NCBI GenBank assembly: GCA_965226375.1
Contig: CBDDCX010000008.1
Span: forward strand, 1,184,001 to 1,248,000
DNA: 64,000 nt
Reading direction: 5' to 3'
Origin: Longimicrobiales bacterium
Lineage (GTDB): Bacteria > Gemmatimonadota > Gemmatimonadetes > Longimicrobiales > Gaopeijiaceae
Shown in pieces: positions 1 through 9,910 of the stretch; the stretch's first letter is position 1, and every line of letters begins with the position of its first letter. A model generated the notes under the pieces. It did no database searches and was not told the DNA's origin. It saw only the letters and a list, made by a program, of their open reading frames with translations. A program made the position numbers and the translations under genes.

Positions 1-786
1 TATCGTGGGCGGCACTCCCAGCACGCGCTCCTTGGGCAAACGACGCATGTCGATCATACCGTGCGGAAAGAGGGTCGCCGGGTTGGCCGGCGCTTCATAC
101 TGCCCATAGGGGTAACGCCGATAGTCCTTCGAGTATCCCGTCTCATCGTTGATCACCAACGTCTCCGGATGGAGGCTGCGCCATGCGCCCCAACGCATCT
201 CGATGGCCGGATACGGCACGAGGATGTGGCCGTCCTGAGGGCCGCAGCGAGCAGCCTGCATCATCTGCGGCCACAGCGACGAGTCGGTCTTGCGGTCGTA
301 CATGACCAGATTGTTGTTGAAGAGCAGACCGGAGACCCCGAATTCGGCGCCGCTCACCGACGATCGATCGAACACGATGCTCGAGCCGGTCAGCGGGCAA
401 TAGGTTACGGCCAGGGGAGTCCCCAGGGAGTTGAAATTCACGATCTCATGCCACCACAGAATATTGTGCGGTACGGCGATGTAGGTGCCTTCGACCTCGA
501 GGCCGATGACGCGATCGTCATCGTGGAGGTAGGACGTTCCCGGCCCATCCACGGGCACCAGGGTCGGATCGCTGAGGGCCGGAATGCCATCGCGTCCCAC
601 GCCTGAAGAGAACAGCAGTTCGTGGGGGATGCTGCATATCAAGTTGTCGTCGGCCTGCGGATCATCCGGGTCCACGGTAGCAGCCGGACCCTCACTCGTA
701 CCACAGGCCGAGGAGGCCATGGTGGCCCCCAGGGCAATCATCACGACGAAGCGGCGGCGTCTTGTAGTCACGATGCTCCAACTCAT
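1..786 (-). CDS. DUF3179-family lipoprotein (runs off the window start; absent from the ORF track)
   Basis: Manual translation from ATG 786 stays open to base 1. It has a lipobox-like ASSAC and the motifs GVGRDGIPALSDP, LWWHEIVN, VTYCPLTGS, FGVSGLLFNNNLVMYDR and SLWPQM typical of DUF3179. Confidence 0.8.
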   Translation of the reverse strand, partial: MSWSIVTTRRRRFVVMIALGATMASSACGTSEGPAATVDPDDPQADDNLICSIPHELLFSSGVGRDGIPALSDPTLVPVDGPGTSYLHDDDRVIGLEVEGTYIAVPHNILWWHEIVNFNSLGTPLAVTYCPLTGSSIVFDRSSVSGAEFGVSGLLFNNNLVMYDRKTDSSLWPQMMQAARCGPQDGHILVPYPAIEMRWGAWRSLHPETLVINDETGYSKDYRRYPYGQYEAPANPATLFPHGMIDMRRLPKERVLGVPPTI

Positions 787-955
787 GAACGTCGATGTAG
801 ACAGCGGAAGAACCCACGAAGCCGGGCGCCAGGTTCCAATAGAGCACACTCCAACCGGTCTTGCGGCCTTTTTCGTGGCGCCCCGTGTGCGCGGAGTCAC
901 AGGTACGTTTATGATACCGGTTCCCAGTTCCATTCTGGCACCCGGTGAACGGTTC

Positions 956-3367
956 ATGCAACGCTCCAGTCTCCTTCTCCCCCTGACCCTCGCGCTGGCC
1001 GTGCTCGGACCAGCCCTCTTGGGTGCCCAAGCGATCAGTCAGACCATGGCCGCTGGTGGTCCCTTGGCCGGATACGGTGCCTCGGTGGCGGTGGGCGACG
1101 GTGCACTGTTCGTTGGCGAGGTCGGCACTATCATGAGGCCGGGTGCCGTCTATGTGTATCACAAGCTCGCCGGCGAATGGTCTGAGGCGGCCAGAATCGA
1201 GGCTAGCGACGGTGCCCCGGGAGATGGCTTCGGTTCCACCCTGGCGATCGATCAGTCCAGGATGCTGGTCGGTGCCGTGCGGGACGGTATCGGAACCGTT
1301 TACTCCTTCGAGCGGACGGAGTCCGGGTTTTGGCGCGAGGGCGGCCGGCTCTTGCCGGGAGACGCCGCATCGCCCCAGGGGTTCGGAGCCAGTCTAGCGA
1401 TTCGCGACGGCTTCGCCGTGGTCGGTGCCCCCCGTCGTACATCAGGCGGCGGGAGGTCCGGAGCGGACACCGAAGAGGCCGTGTTCGTATTCGAAATCGA
1501 TGATGCAGGCTGGTCGGCAGGAGAACGTCTTCTAGCCCGCGAGGGTGCCGGTGAGGATGCCGGCGCGTTCGGAACGAGTGTCGCCATCGATGGAGATCGT
1601 ATCCTGGTTGGAGCCCCTCGAGAGGGTCGTTCCGGGGCGGTCCACGAGTTCCGGCGTACGGATAACCGATGGGAACACGCTGGATATCTGGTAGCCGCCA
1701 CACTCGATCCAGATGATGCATTCGGAGCCTCTGTCCGACTTGGAGACGGTCGAGCAGTTGTGGGGGCTCCCGGCCGTGACGGGGCCCGGGGCGCCGTGTT
1801 CGTGTTCACCTTCGACCAAGAGGCCGGTGCCTGGAGCCAGGTCGAAGAGCTTTCGCCAGCCCAGGGTGCATCTTCTGATGCGTTTGGAGGCGCCCTCGCT
1901 GCCGCCGATGATCACATCTGGCTGGGAGCTCCTCGAGCCGACGATCAGAGAGGGGTCGCCTACGTCTATTCCGTGTCACCCGGCACCGAACGCGATGGCA
2001 GGAGAATCAGTCCCGAGCGACTGAGCGGGGACGCCTTCGCGGCCAGTGTGCACGTACACGGTTCGGTCGCCCTTCTCGGAATGACCGGAGCGGACTACGG
2101 CATGGGAAGAGCCGTCGTCTATGAGCTTCTGGACCAGAACTGGATGATGGTTCAAACGATCATGGGCAACGTCGAACAATTCGGCGCGGTCCGTGGCGGT
2201 CAAATCGACTGTTCGGACGGCACCGCTTCGGCGTGGGACTGCAGCGAATACGATCTGGTCGCCTACATGCCCGTGCAAGACCTTGGTGGCCCGCGCGGGG
2301 TCAGGATGAACGACATATGGGGGTGGACCGATCCCATGACCGGACGCGAGTATGCCCTCGCGGGACGTCGGGACGGAACCTCGTTCATCGACGTCAGCGA
2401 TCCGGCCAACCCACGGTATGTAGGGCAACTTTTCCGTACCGAAGGATCACCTCCGAGCACCCACCGCGACATCAAAGTCTACGCGGACCACGCCTTCATC
2501 GTCGCGGATGGTGCCGGGCAGCACGGGGTGCAGGTGTTCGATCTGACTCAGCTTCGCAACGTCACCGAGCCCATCACCTTCGAGGAGACCGCCCACTACG
2601 ACGGAATCGCCAGCGCCCACAACATCGTGATCAACGAGGAGTCGGGCTTCGCGTATAGCGTCGGCAACAAGGCCGGCGGCGAGACCTGTGGGGGAGGCCT
2701 CCACATCATCGATATCCGCGAACCTACCAACCCGACCTTCGCGGGCTGCTTTGCCGATCCGCTCACCGGTAGATCCAGCACCGGGACGACCCATGACGCC
2801 CAGTGTGTCTCCTACCGAGGGCCCGACGAGGAACACATCGGCAAGGAAATCTGTCTGAGCTCGAACCAGACGGCGCTCAGCATCGCCGACGTCACAGACC
2901 CGGCCAATCCCGTAGCCCTGTCACGGGCCAGTTATCCCAACCTCGGATTCACCCATCAGGGATGGCTCACGGACGATCAGCGCTACTTCTATACGAACGA
3001 TGAACTGGATGAGATCGCCGGCCTTCCTAAGACCCGAACACTGATCTGGGACGTGGCCGACCTGGACGATCCGCAGCTGGTCAAAGAGCACTTCGGTACC
3101 CAAGCCGGCAGCGACCACAATTTGTATATCCGCGGCGATCTCATGTACCAGTCAAACTATCGGAGTGGACTGCGGGTGCTCGACATCAGTGATCGCGAGA
3201 ACCCGGTCGAAGTCGGATACTTCGATACCGTTCCCTATGGGGACAACTCGCCGGGAATGGGGTTCGGCTCGTGGAGCAACTACCCATTCTTCGAGAGCGG
3301 GATCGTCATTCTCACAAGCAACTACGAAGGACTCTTCATCCTCAAGAAAAAGCAGCCGATCACCTGA
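956..3367 (+). CDS. Secreted FG-GAP repeat / choice-of-anchor B family protein
   Basis: Signal peptide MQRSSLLLPLTLALAVLG; repeated FGxSVAI..G...LVGAP motifs; C-terminal NDIWGWTDP, HRDIKVY, HQGWLT, DHNLY, GSWSNYPFF motifs. Start moved from 584 to ATG 956. Confidence 0.8.
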   Translation: MQRSSLLLPLTLALAVLGPALLGAQAISQTMAAGGPLAGYGASVAVGDGALFVGEVGTIMRPGAVYVYHKLAGEWSEAARIEASDGAPGDGFGSTLAIDQSRMLVGAVRDGIGTVYSFERTESGFWREGGRLLPGDAASPQGFGASLAIRDGFAVVGAPRRTSGGGRSGADTEEAVFVFEIDDAGWSAGERLLAREGAGEDAGAFGTSVAIDGDRILVGAPREGRSGAVHEFRRTDNRWEHAGYLVAATLDPDDAFGASVRLGDGRAVVGAPGRDGARGAVFVFTFDQEAGAWSQVEELSPAQGASSDAFGGALAAADDHIWLGAPRADDQRGVAYVYSVSPGTERDGRRISPERLSGDAFAASVHVHGSVALLGMTGADYGMGRAVVYELLDQNWMMVQTIMGNVEQFGAVRGGQIDCSDGTASAWDCSEYDLVAYMPVQDLGGPRGVRMNDIWGWTDPMTGREYALAGRRDGTSFIDVSDPANPRYVGQLFRTEGSPPSTHRDIKVYADHAFIVADGAGQHGVQVFDLTQLRNVTEPITFEETAHYDGIASAHNIVINEESGFAYSVGNKAGGETCGGGLHIIDIREPTNPTFAGCFADPLTGRSSTGTTHDAQCVSYRGPDEEHIGKEICLSSNQTALSIADVTDPANPVALSRASYPNLGFTHQGWLTDDQRYFYTNDELDEIAGLPKTRTLIWDVADLDDPQLVKEHFGTQAGSDHNLYIRGDLMYQSNYRSGLRVLDISDRENPVEVGYFDTVPYGDNSPGMGFGSWSNYPFFESGIVILTSNYEGLFILKKKQPIT

Positions 3368-3424
3368 CCGGAGGGTGCCCCCGGCGCTCCTAACGCGACA
3401 CCACTGTATCTCTGTAGCAGCCTT

Positions 3425-3790
3425 CTAGAGTCCCAGTTCCTTCCGCATCCTCGCCTCGCGACGGTTGAGCGCCATGGCGATGAAGACCGCCCACATCACG
3501 TAGCCGCCAACGGCCCAGTACAGGGCCTCCATGCCCATCCACGAATACCACATGATGGGCCACAGCGAGGCCATCAGCGTATTCCAAAGGGATTCGATGA
3601 AGAAGGTGAGCAACTCGCTGACCAGAAAGTCTTGCACGTCCGCGGCTTCCGAGATGGAGCCCGTGAGACTGGTGATCTCGAGGTAGACGAACGTGCCTAC
3701 GGCCAGGAGAGCAAAGTATCCGCCTCCGTGTTTTCGCCAGAGTTTTCCGACGGCACCACCGCTACCCTCATCCTTCTTGGCCATGCTCAC
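3425..3790 (-). CDS. Hypothetical membrane protein
   Basis: 121-aa ORF with several hydrophobic helices. Confidence 0.6.
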   Translation of the reverse strand: MSMAKKDEGSGGAVGKLWRKHGGGYFALLAVGTFVYLEITSLTGSISEAADVQDFLVSELLTFFIESLWNTLMASLWPIMWYSWMGMEALYWAVGGYVMWAVFIAMALNRREARMRKELGL

Positions 3791-4019
3791 TCCGCATTGG
3801 TCCGCTCGAGTCGTGGCCGATCTCCGAGCCAGGACGATGCGATATCATGCCACCGCACGAACCGGAGATCCAGATGGAGAGCCGTGGACCGATCCAGATC
3901 GACCGATCCGTAATCGATCGAGCGCCTTGCGATCCTCCCGCCGGGCGCCAAGACTGCACAGTCGGGTGTCCGCCCGACGGTCTAGGGGGCTGGCGGTACG
4001 TCGATTTCGGAGGGGTGTC

Positions 4020-5198
4020 ATGATCACGAAGAGCAGAGTTTCACGCCGGGGCTTTGTGGGTGGAGCGGCCGCGGCGTTGGGCTACCTCGGCGTCAAGCCG
4101 GGGGCCGACTTGTGGGCACAGGGCCTCGGCGAACTGACGGCGCCCCCACTCGGCGCCCAGGAGTTCGATTTCGACTCCTACGCTCGCCTGGGGACCAACG
4201 AAAACCCGTACGGCCCGTCCGAGTCGGTACTCGAGGCCATGACACGGGCCTTCAAGTACTCCAACACCTACGGCGACCCCGGTGAGGATCTGCAGGCCGC
4301 CATCGCCGAACGGGACGGCGTGGAGCGGGAGAACATCTTCACCACCGCTGGGTCGGGAGAAGTGCTGGAGGTGGTGGGCCTCACCTTTCTCGGGCCGGGA
4401 AAGAAAGTCGTGGGGGTCGAGCCCTCGTACAGCCAGGTGTACCGGCACGCCACAAGCGTCAAAGCGGACGCCATCACGCTGCCGCTCCTCGACGACTACC
4501 GGCAGCACATCCCCTCGATGATCGAAACCACCAGGGCGAACTACCGCGACGTGGGCTTCGTGTATCTGTGCAACCCGAACAACCCGACCGGACTCACGGT
4601 CAGCGCCGCCGAAGTGCAGCAACTCCTGGACGGCATTCCCGAAGACGTGCCGGTTCTCATCGATGAGGCGTACCACCACTTCGTCGAGGATCCGTCCTAC
4701 GCGACTTCCATTCCTCACGTCCTCGAGGGGCGGCCGGTCATCGTCGCCCGAACCTTCTCGAAGATCTATGGGATGGCAGGCCTGCGCCTCGGGTACGCCG
4801 TGGCCTCGCCCGAGATCCTCCAAAAAATGCGCGTCTACAGCACCGGCAGCATAAGTGTCGTGTCCGAGTGGGGTGGAATCGCCTCACTCAAGGACAGGGA
4901 GAGCGAGGAGCGGGTGCGGAGGGTCACCGTTGAGATCCGTAAGAAGACCATGGCCGAACTCGAGGCCATGGGCCACAGCGTGATCCCGTCGGAAACCAAC
5001 TTCTTCATGGTCCACATCGGCCGTTCGGTCCAGGAGGTGAGGGACGAGTTCAGGGAGAAGGGTATCCATGTGGGTCGCCCCTTCCCGCCCATGCTGGAGC
5101 ACCTGCGTGTTTCGGTGGGCACGGAGAACGACATGGAGCGGTTCATGACCGCCTTCAAGGAGATCTTTCCGGCTTCGACGACGGAGGCGGGGGCGTAA
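4020..5198 (+). CDS. Tat-exported PLP-dependent aminotransferase class I/II (HisC-like)
   Basis: SRRGFVGG twin-arginine motif; NENPYGP, LCNPNNPTG, IDEAY and RTFSKIYGMAGLRLGY (PLP lysine); GGAGG before ATG 4020. Confidence 0.85.
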   Translation: MITKSRVSRRGFVGGAAAALGYLGVKPGADLWAQGLGELTAPPLGAQEFDFDSYARLGTNENPYGPSESVLEAMTRAFKYSNTYGDPGEDLQAAIAERDGVERENIFTTAGSGEVLEVVGLTFLGPGKKVVGVEPSYSQVYRHATSVKADAITLPLLDDYRQHIPSMIETTRANYRDVGFVYLCNPNNPTGLTVSAAEVQQLLDGIPEDVPVLIDEAYHHFVEDPSYATSIPHVLEGRPVIVARTFSKIYGMAGLRLGYAVASPEILQKMRVYSTGSISVVSEWGGIASLKDRESEERVRRVTVEIRKKTMAELEAMGHSVIPSETNFFMVHIGRSVQEVRDEFREKGIHVGRPFPPMLEHLRVSVGTENDMERFMTAFKEIFPASTTEAGA

Positions 5199-5223
5199 CC
5201 ACCACAGGGAACGGAGGCATTCG

Positions 5224-6375
5224 ATGAACCGTCAGTCTCTTTGGGTCCTGCTCGGAGGCTATGTCATCATCGGGATCTTCGGCTGTCAGCCCCAGGGTGA
5301 CGGTGCCGAGGAGCGGGATGACGTCGCTGCGGAGGCGCCCTCGACCGGCAGCGCCACGCCTGTCGACCTCTCCGAGTGGGCCGAGCGGATCGCGAACATT
5401 CACGGGACCACGGTTTTCGCCGACGTCCAGGCCCACCCTAGCCGCTTCCACCGGGGTAACGTCGAGCGTGTCGCACCGGAGGAGCTCGAGCTGTTCCGAC
5501 GAGGGACCATGGACCTGGTGGTGGCCCAAGGTCAGCACCGATGCACCCTACACCGGCAACTACGTGCTGAGAGACGGCACCGAGGTGCCCGCCGGGGTCA
5601 GTACAAGCCCGCACCCGGGGAGCCGTGGGCGTTCCTACTGGACCGCTTCTCGCGCCTCTTGAAGACGATCGACGACGGGGACGCGCTCCTGGCGCGGAGT
5701 CCCGCAGACGTGTACGAGGCCCGTGAAAGAGGCATGGTCGCGTTCCTGCCCGGAATCGAGGGGTCGGACGGCCTGGTAGGCCGCTTGGACCACTTCCGGG
5801 AGATCCACGAGCGAGGCCTGGGCGTCGTGCAGCTCGTCCATACCCGGCCCAACGAGCTCGCTCACACCAGGCACTTTCCGTACTCGCCGGGCGGACTGAC
5901 GGAGTTCGGCCGAGACGTGATTCGGGAGGCCAACCGCCTCGGCGTGATCGTCGACGTCTGTCATACGAACACTCAGACCATGCGCGAGGTCGCCGAGCTG
6001 TCCGAGGATCCCATGATCTTCAGCCATACCGGCGTCCAAGCACTCTTCGATCGCGAGGGCTATCTCACGGACGAAGAGATCGAGCTCATCGCTTCCACGG
6101 GAGGCGTGATCGCCCTCTCCCCCATGGGGATGACGCTGCCGACCATGGAGGAGTACATGAGCCACATCGACTATGTGGCCGACCTGGTGGGTGTGGACCA
6201 CGTCTCGATCGGCAGCGACCTACGCGGTGTGCCGAGCTACACCGAGGGCTTCGGCGACGACGCGAACTACCACGCGATTGCCGCTGCGCTGCTGGAGCGC
6301 GGTTACTCGGATGAAGATGTGGGCAAGATCATGGGTGCGAACTTCTTCCGCGTTTGGCGTGAGGTGTTGGATTAG
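5224..6375 (+). CDS. Membrane dipeptidase (peptidase M19) family lipoprotein
   Basis: IFGC lipobox; GIEGSD, GGLTEFGRDVIREANRLGVIVDVCH, IFSHTG, VGVDHVSIGSD, KIMGANF motifs. Confidence 0.8.
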   Translation: MNRQSLWVLLGGYVIIGIFGCQPQGDGAEERDDVAAEAPSTGSATPVDLSEWAERIANIHGTTVFADVQAHPSRFHRGNVERVAPEELELFRRGTMDLVVAQGQHRCTLHRQLRAERRHRGARRGQYKPAPGEPWAFLLDRFSRLLKTIDDGDALLARSPADVYEARERGMVAFLPGIEGSDGLVGRLDHFREIHERGLGVVQLVHTRPNELAHTRHFPYSPGGLTEFGRDVIREANRLGVIVDVCHTNTQTMREVAELSEDPMIFSHTGVQALFDREGYLTDEEIELIASTGGVIALSPMGMTLPTMEEYMSHIDYVADLVGVDHVSIGSDLRGVPSYTEGFGDDANYHAIAAALLERGYSDEDVGKIMGANFFRVWREVLD

Positions 6376-6425
6376 GGACGGCCTCGGCGGAGAGACCTGA
6401 CGGCCGTCCCAATAAAGGACCGTAC

Positions 6426-8147
6426 ATGGATGCTGTCCGCAGATTCCTGGCAGAACTGCGTCGTAGGAAGGTCTATCGGGTGGGTGTCGTCTACGCGGCC
6501 GTGGCGTTCGTGGTATGGCAGGTGGCCGACATCGCTTTTCCTTCTCTCGGTCTCCCGGAAAGCGCGTTGGGGGCCGTGCTGGTCTTCACCGTCCTCGGCT
6601 TCCCGGTCGCGTTGGTGTTGGCCTGGGCGTACGAAGTGCGTCCCGAGGCGGCGGCGGGCGTTCCCACGAACCGCGAGACCACACCTGACACCGCAGCCCG
6701 GGCTGCATCCAGCGAAGCCGAGGCGTCCGCAGCCGTGTCCACGCAGTCGAACTCCGTCGCCATCCTTCCGTTCGAGAGCATGAGCCCCGGAGAGGAAGGT
6801 GAGTACTTGGCCGACGGTATCGCAGAAGAGATAACGAACGTTCTCGCCGGTCTCGCCGATCTCCACGTGGCCGCTCGGACCTCTGCATTTTCGTTCAAGG
6901 GGCAGCAAGCTGACATTCGCGAAATTGCCCAGCAGCTGAATGTGTCGTACTTGGTGGAAGGAAGTGTGCGAAGGGCTGGCGATGCACTTCGTATCACGGC
7001 TCAACTCATTGATACGTCCACGGGATATCACATCTGGTCGGAGCGATTCGACCGAGCCATGGGCGACGTGTTCGAGATTCAGGATGAGATCGCCGCCGCC
7101 GTGGCGCAGCGCCTTTCCGAGCACGTGGGAGCTACGGGGAGCTCACCCCGCCCCGTGGCCCGGACCAATGCCCTGCCGGCATACGAATTGTATCTGCAGG
7201 GACGGCAACTCATGGCCGGCTTCGCCGATACCGACATCGTCGCAGCCGAGGCTCGGTTCGAAGCGTGCATCGCTTTGGATCCAGACTTTGCGGCGGCTCA
7301 CGCGGGCCTGGCGGAAGCGCTCACCCTTCAGTCCATCGGATTCCACCTCAAGCCCGAAAAGCAGACCATGCCTCGGGCTCGCGAGGAAGCGGATCGGGCC
7401 TTGGAACTCGCTGAGAACCTCCCGGAGGCCCACCTGGCACGGGCGCTGGTCGCCATGTTCTACGAATGGGACCACAAGACGGCCAAGGCGGAGTTCGACC
7501 GTGCGGAGACACTCGGCCCCAACGTGGCGCGGGTCCATATGTGGAGAGAGTTCTACTTCACCTATGTGGAGCATGACTACGACTCGGCCCTGGCTGAGAA
7601 CAAACGCGCTCAGGAGCTGAACCCCATGGATTCGGCTCCACCGGTGCGGGAGGCTACGGTCCGTTATCTGTTCCAAGACTTTGCCGACGCCGAGGCTCTA
7701 TTCCGGGACATGCTCAGTGAGAAACCGGATCAGCCCATGCTGCACGCCGGCCTGGCTGACACGCTCGCTCGTGAGGGCAGAATCGACGAGGCGGTGACCG
7801 CCATGGAACGTGCGATGGAGTATGGGGGGCCCTTCGTGGTATTTCTCGGTATCATCGGTGGATTTTACGCGCTGCAGGGATCCATCGAGAAAGCGCACGA
7901 CGCCCTTCGCCAACTCGAAGACCACTCCTCTCGAGGGTACATATCGAGCTTCTGGATGGCCGTCGTCCAGGGCGGACTCGGTGACCTGGACGCGGCGTTC
8001 GCGTCCCTGGAGCAGGCAAAGGAGAATCGGGAGAGTAGCCTCATCTACTTGTTCTTCGTGCCTCGAGCCCTGGGTCTTCATGACGATCCCAGGTTCGCCG
8101 GAGTGCTGCGAGGGATCGGGCTGGCGCACCTGATTGCGTTGTTGTGA
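6426..8147 (+). CDS. TolB-like/TPR membrane protein (adenylate-cyclase-associated TolB-like domain, no catalytic domain)
   Basis: ELRRRKVYRV N-terminus with 2 TM helices; SVAILPF..YLADGIAEEI..ARTSAF..VEGSVRR..HIWSERFD; TPR repeats. Confidence 0.75.
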   Translation: MDAVRRFLAELRRRKVYRVGVVYAAVAFVVWQVADIAFPSLGLPESALGAVLVFTVLGFPVALVLAWAYEVRPEAAAGVPTNRETTPDTAARAASSEAEASAAVSTQSNSVAILPFESMSPGEEGEYLADGIAEEITNVLAGLADLHVAARTSAFSFKGQQADIREIAQQLNVSYLVEGSVRRAGDALRITAQLIDTSTGYHIWSERFDRAMGDVFEIQDEIAAAVAQRLSEHVGATGSSPRPVARTNALPAYELYLQGRQLMAGFADTDIVAAEARFEACIALDPDFAAAHAGLAEALTLQSIGFHLKPEKQTMPRAREEADRALELAENLPEAHLARALVAMFYEWDHKTAKAEFDRAETLGPNVARVHMWREFYFTYVEHDYDSALAENKRAQELNPMDSAPPVREATVRYLFQDFADAEALFRDMLSEKPDQPMLHAGLADTLAREGRIDEAVTAMERAMEYGGPFVVFLGIIGGFYALQGSIEKAHDALRQLEDHSSRGYISSFWMAVVQGGLGDLDAAFASLEQAKENRESSLIYLFFVPRALGLHDDPRFAGVLRGIGLAHLIALL

Positions 8148-8172
8148 TCGACGGAAGCGAAGGGGTCCGACG

Positions 8173-8820
8173 GTGAGCCGCCTGTTCGTCGCCCTTCGAG
8201 CAACGCTCTACGCCAGCTGTTTCGTATTGTTGTGGACCTGGTTGGCAATCGTGGTGCGTCCTCTGGACGGCAGCCTCGGCGGACCCCTCCCAGCTTGGCT
8301 GCGCTTTGCGGGAGTCGGGTTAGTGCTCGCAGGTGGGCCCGTCTGCGTCTCGTGTATCGCGGTCTTCGTCTCCTCCGGGCGAGGCACGCCCGCCCCGTTT
8401 GACGCCCCCCGAGAGTTCGTCGCCGTCGGCCCCTACCGATGGATGCGGAATCCAATGTACCTAGGGGCGTTCGCCCTCCTCGGCGGTGTGGGCTTCGGAC
8501 TTAGGTCGCCTGCGATCGTGCTACTGTCGCTGGTTGCGCTCTGCCTCGCCCACGCGTTCGTGCTTCTCTACGAGGAGCCGACGCTCAGGCGTCGATTCGG
8601 AGGGGCGTATGAATCCTACACGGAAGAGGTGAACCGCTGGCTGCCGCGCGTTCGATGGCGAACCGACCTGCTAGGGCTGCGTTCAGGTCGGCTTTCTCAG
8701 ACGCGCGCCGATAAACCCACCGAGACACGCGGCCACAAGGCCGGAAGCGAGGAAGGGCAAGTCGTCCGTAAGGTAGGACGCGAATTCTCCAGAGGAGATC
8801 AAGCCGATCGTCACGAGTAG
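8173..8820 (+). CDS. Isoprenylcysteine carboxyl methyltransferase / PEMT family protein (C-terminus probably extended by a rearrangement)
   Basis: GRGTPAPFDAP, GPYRWMRNPMYLG, YEEPTLRRRFG..Y..Y..VNRWLPR. Family-like sequence ends near 8650 and the ORF reads on to 8820. Confidence 0.75.
   Translation: MSRLFVALRATLYASCFVLLWTWLAIVVRPLDGSLGGPLPAWLRFAGVGLVLAGGPVCVSCIAVFVSSGRGTPAPFDAPREFVAVGPYRWMRNPMYLGAFALLGGVGFGLRSPAIVLLSLVALCLAHAFVLLYEEPTLRRRFGGAYESYTEEVNRWLPRVRWRTDLLGLRSGRLSQTRADKPTETRGHKAGSEEGQVVRKVGREFSRGDQADRHE
8648..8686 (-). repeat. Remnant of a Ser/Thr kinase 5' end (LNAALAGRFAIER)
   Basis: Reverse complement CTG AAC GCA GCC CTA GCA GGT CGG TTC GCC ATC GAA CGC; compare LNAALEGRYAIER of the kinase starting at 21842. 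Confidence 0.65.
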
Positions 8821-9103
8821 CAAACCGGGGGCAACCACCCACAGCCCCCATCTCCAGGCACCACCGGCTCATCGGGGCCTCCTCTGAGATGGTGATCGTC
8901 GCCTAACGGCATTGGGATCCTGCCGTTTACTACAGTGTAGGTGTCGCAACTACCACACTGTAGTAATCGCACGGCCCGAAGTCAATGGTCGCGAGATGCT
9001 TTGTCGACGAAAGGCCGCTCCTCTACCGTGATCACGTCGCGCGAGCTAGACGGCTACCGCGACTACCTCACCATGCCCATGCGCTCGAGCTATGGCTTAG
9101 GCG

Positions 9104-9430
9104 CTACGGAGAGTTCGGGTTGGGCGCCATCGAAACGAGTACCACCAGCTGCACATTGCCGCGGTTTTCCACCCCGTGCGGCTCATCGGGCACGGACCAA
9201 GCGAGGCGGCCGGGTCCGAGGGTGCGCGTGGCATCCCCGATGGTGAAGGTGCCCTCGCCCTCGATCACGTAGTAGAACTTCGTGGCCCCGGCGTGTGCGT
9301 GCACCTTCTGTGCCTGGCCTGGTTCGAGGCAGTACACATCACAAAACATCTGCGGCGTCGCGAACAGGTTCACTTTCTGCATCTTATCCGCCGCGAAGCG
9401 ACGGAAAGCGCTCGTGTCCAGGAATCCCAT
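9104..9430 (-). CDS. Cupin domain protein
   Basis: LEPGQAQKVHAH..YYVIEGEG..EPHGVEN cupin motifs. Confidence 0.85.
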   Translation of the reverse strand: MGFLDTSAFRRFAADKMQKVNLFATPQMFCDVYCLEPGQAQKVHAHAGATKFYYVIEGEGTFTIGDATRTLGPGRLAWSVPDEPHGVENRGNVQLVVLVSMAPNPNSP

Positions 9431-9589
9431 GCGTGGAGTGTAGCGTCAAGAGGAAGCCGTCGCACGGATCGGGGCCCGGTGGAGGCACCGCCATGACGAC
9501 GTCAAACGCCGCCCCGGACCGACGAGTCGCCTAGCCGCCCGGCCGTATCCACAGCGCCAGCGGCAAACGCTTGTCACACGGCATGATCA

Positions 9590-9910
9590 CTAGTGGATCT
9601 GAACATCACTGACGTACCGCCCGTTGCTGAAATCAGTGAAGTAGCGCTCAACCAGGGGGTGTTCAACGGGGAGGCCAGTGTGATCCGGTTCGAGGTTTCG
9701 TTCGGCTACATACGTTTGATGTTGGGCTCTGTGTGGCAAGACGTGATACCAAGGACGGTGCTTGGGTGGCCTCGAACGGGCCACGGCTTCGTACCATTCC
9801 TCGGTTCCTCGAAACTGGGTATCGACATCGACGATCACGCCTCGGTATTCGAACAGTTTATGTTGCACCACGTCACCAACTGAAAAGCGTGCACTCGGCA
9901 TCATTATCAT
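9590..9910 (-). CDS. hspQ: Heat shock protein HspQ (YccV-like)
   Basis: FSVGDVVQHKLFEYRGVIVDVD, PWYHVL, TYVAERNL motifs. Confidence 0.85.
   Translation of the reverse strand: MIMMPSARFSVGDVVQHKLFEYRGVIVDVDTQFRGTEEWYEAVARSRPPKHRPWYHVLPHRAQHQTYVAERNLEPDHTGLPVEHPLVERYFTDFSNGRYVSDVQIH

Noticed and set aside
1..786. Possible selenocysteine in the DUF3179 protein
   Set aside because: No in-frame TGA in the visible 262 codons; the motif reads TYCPLT with Cys.
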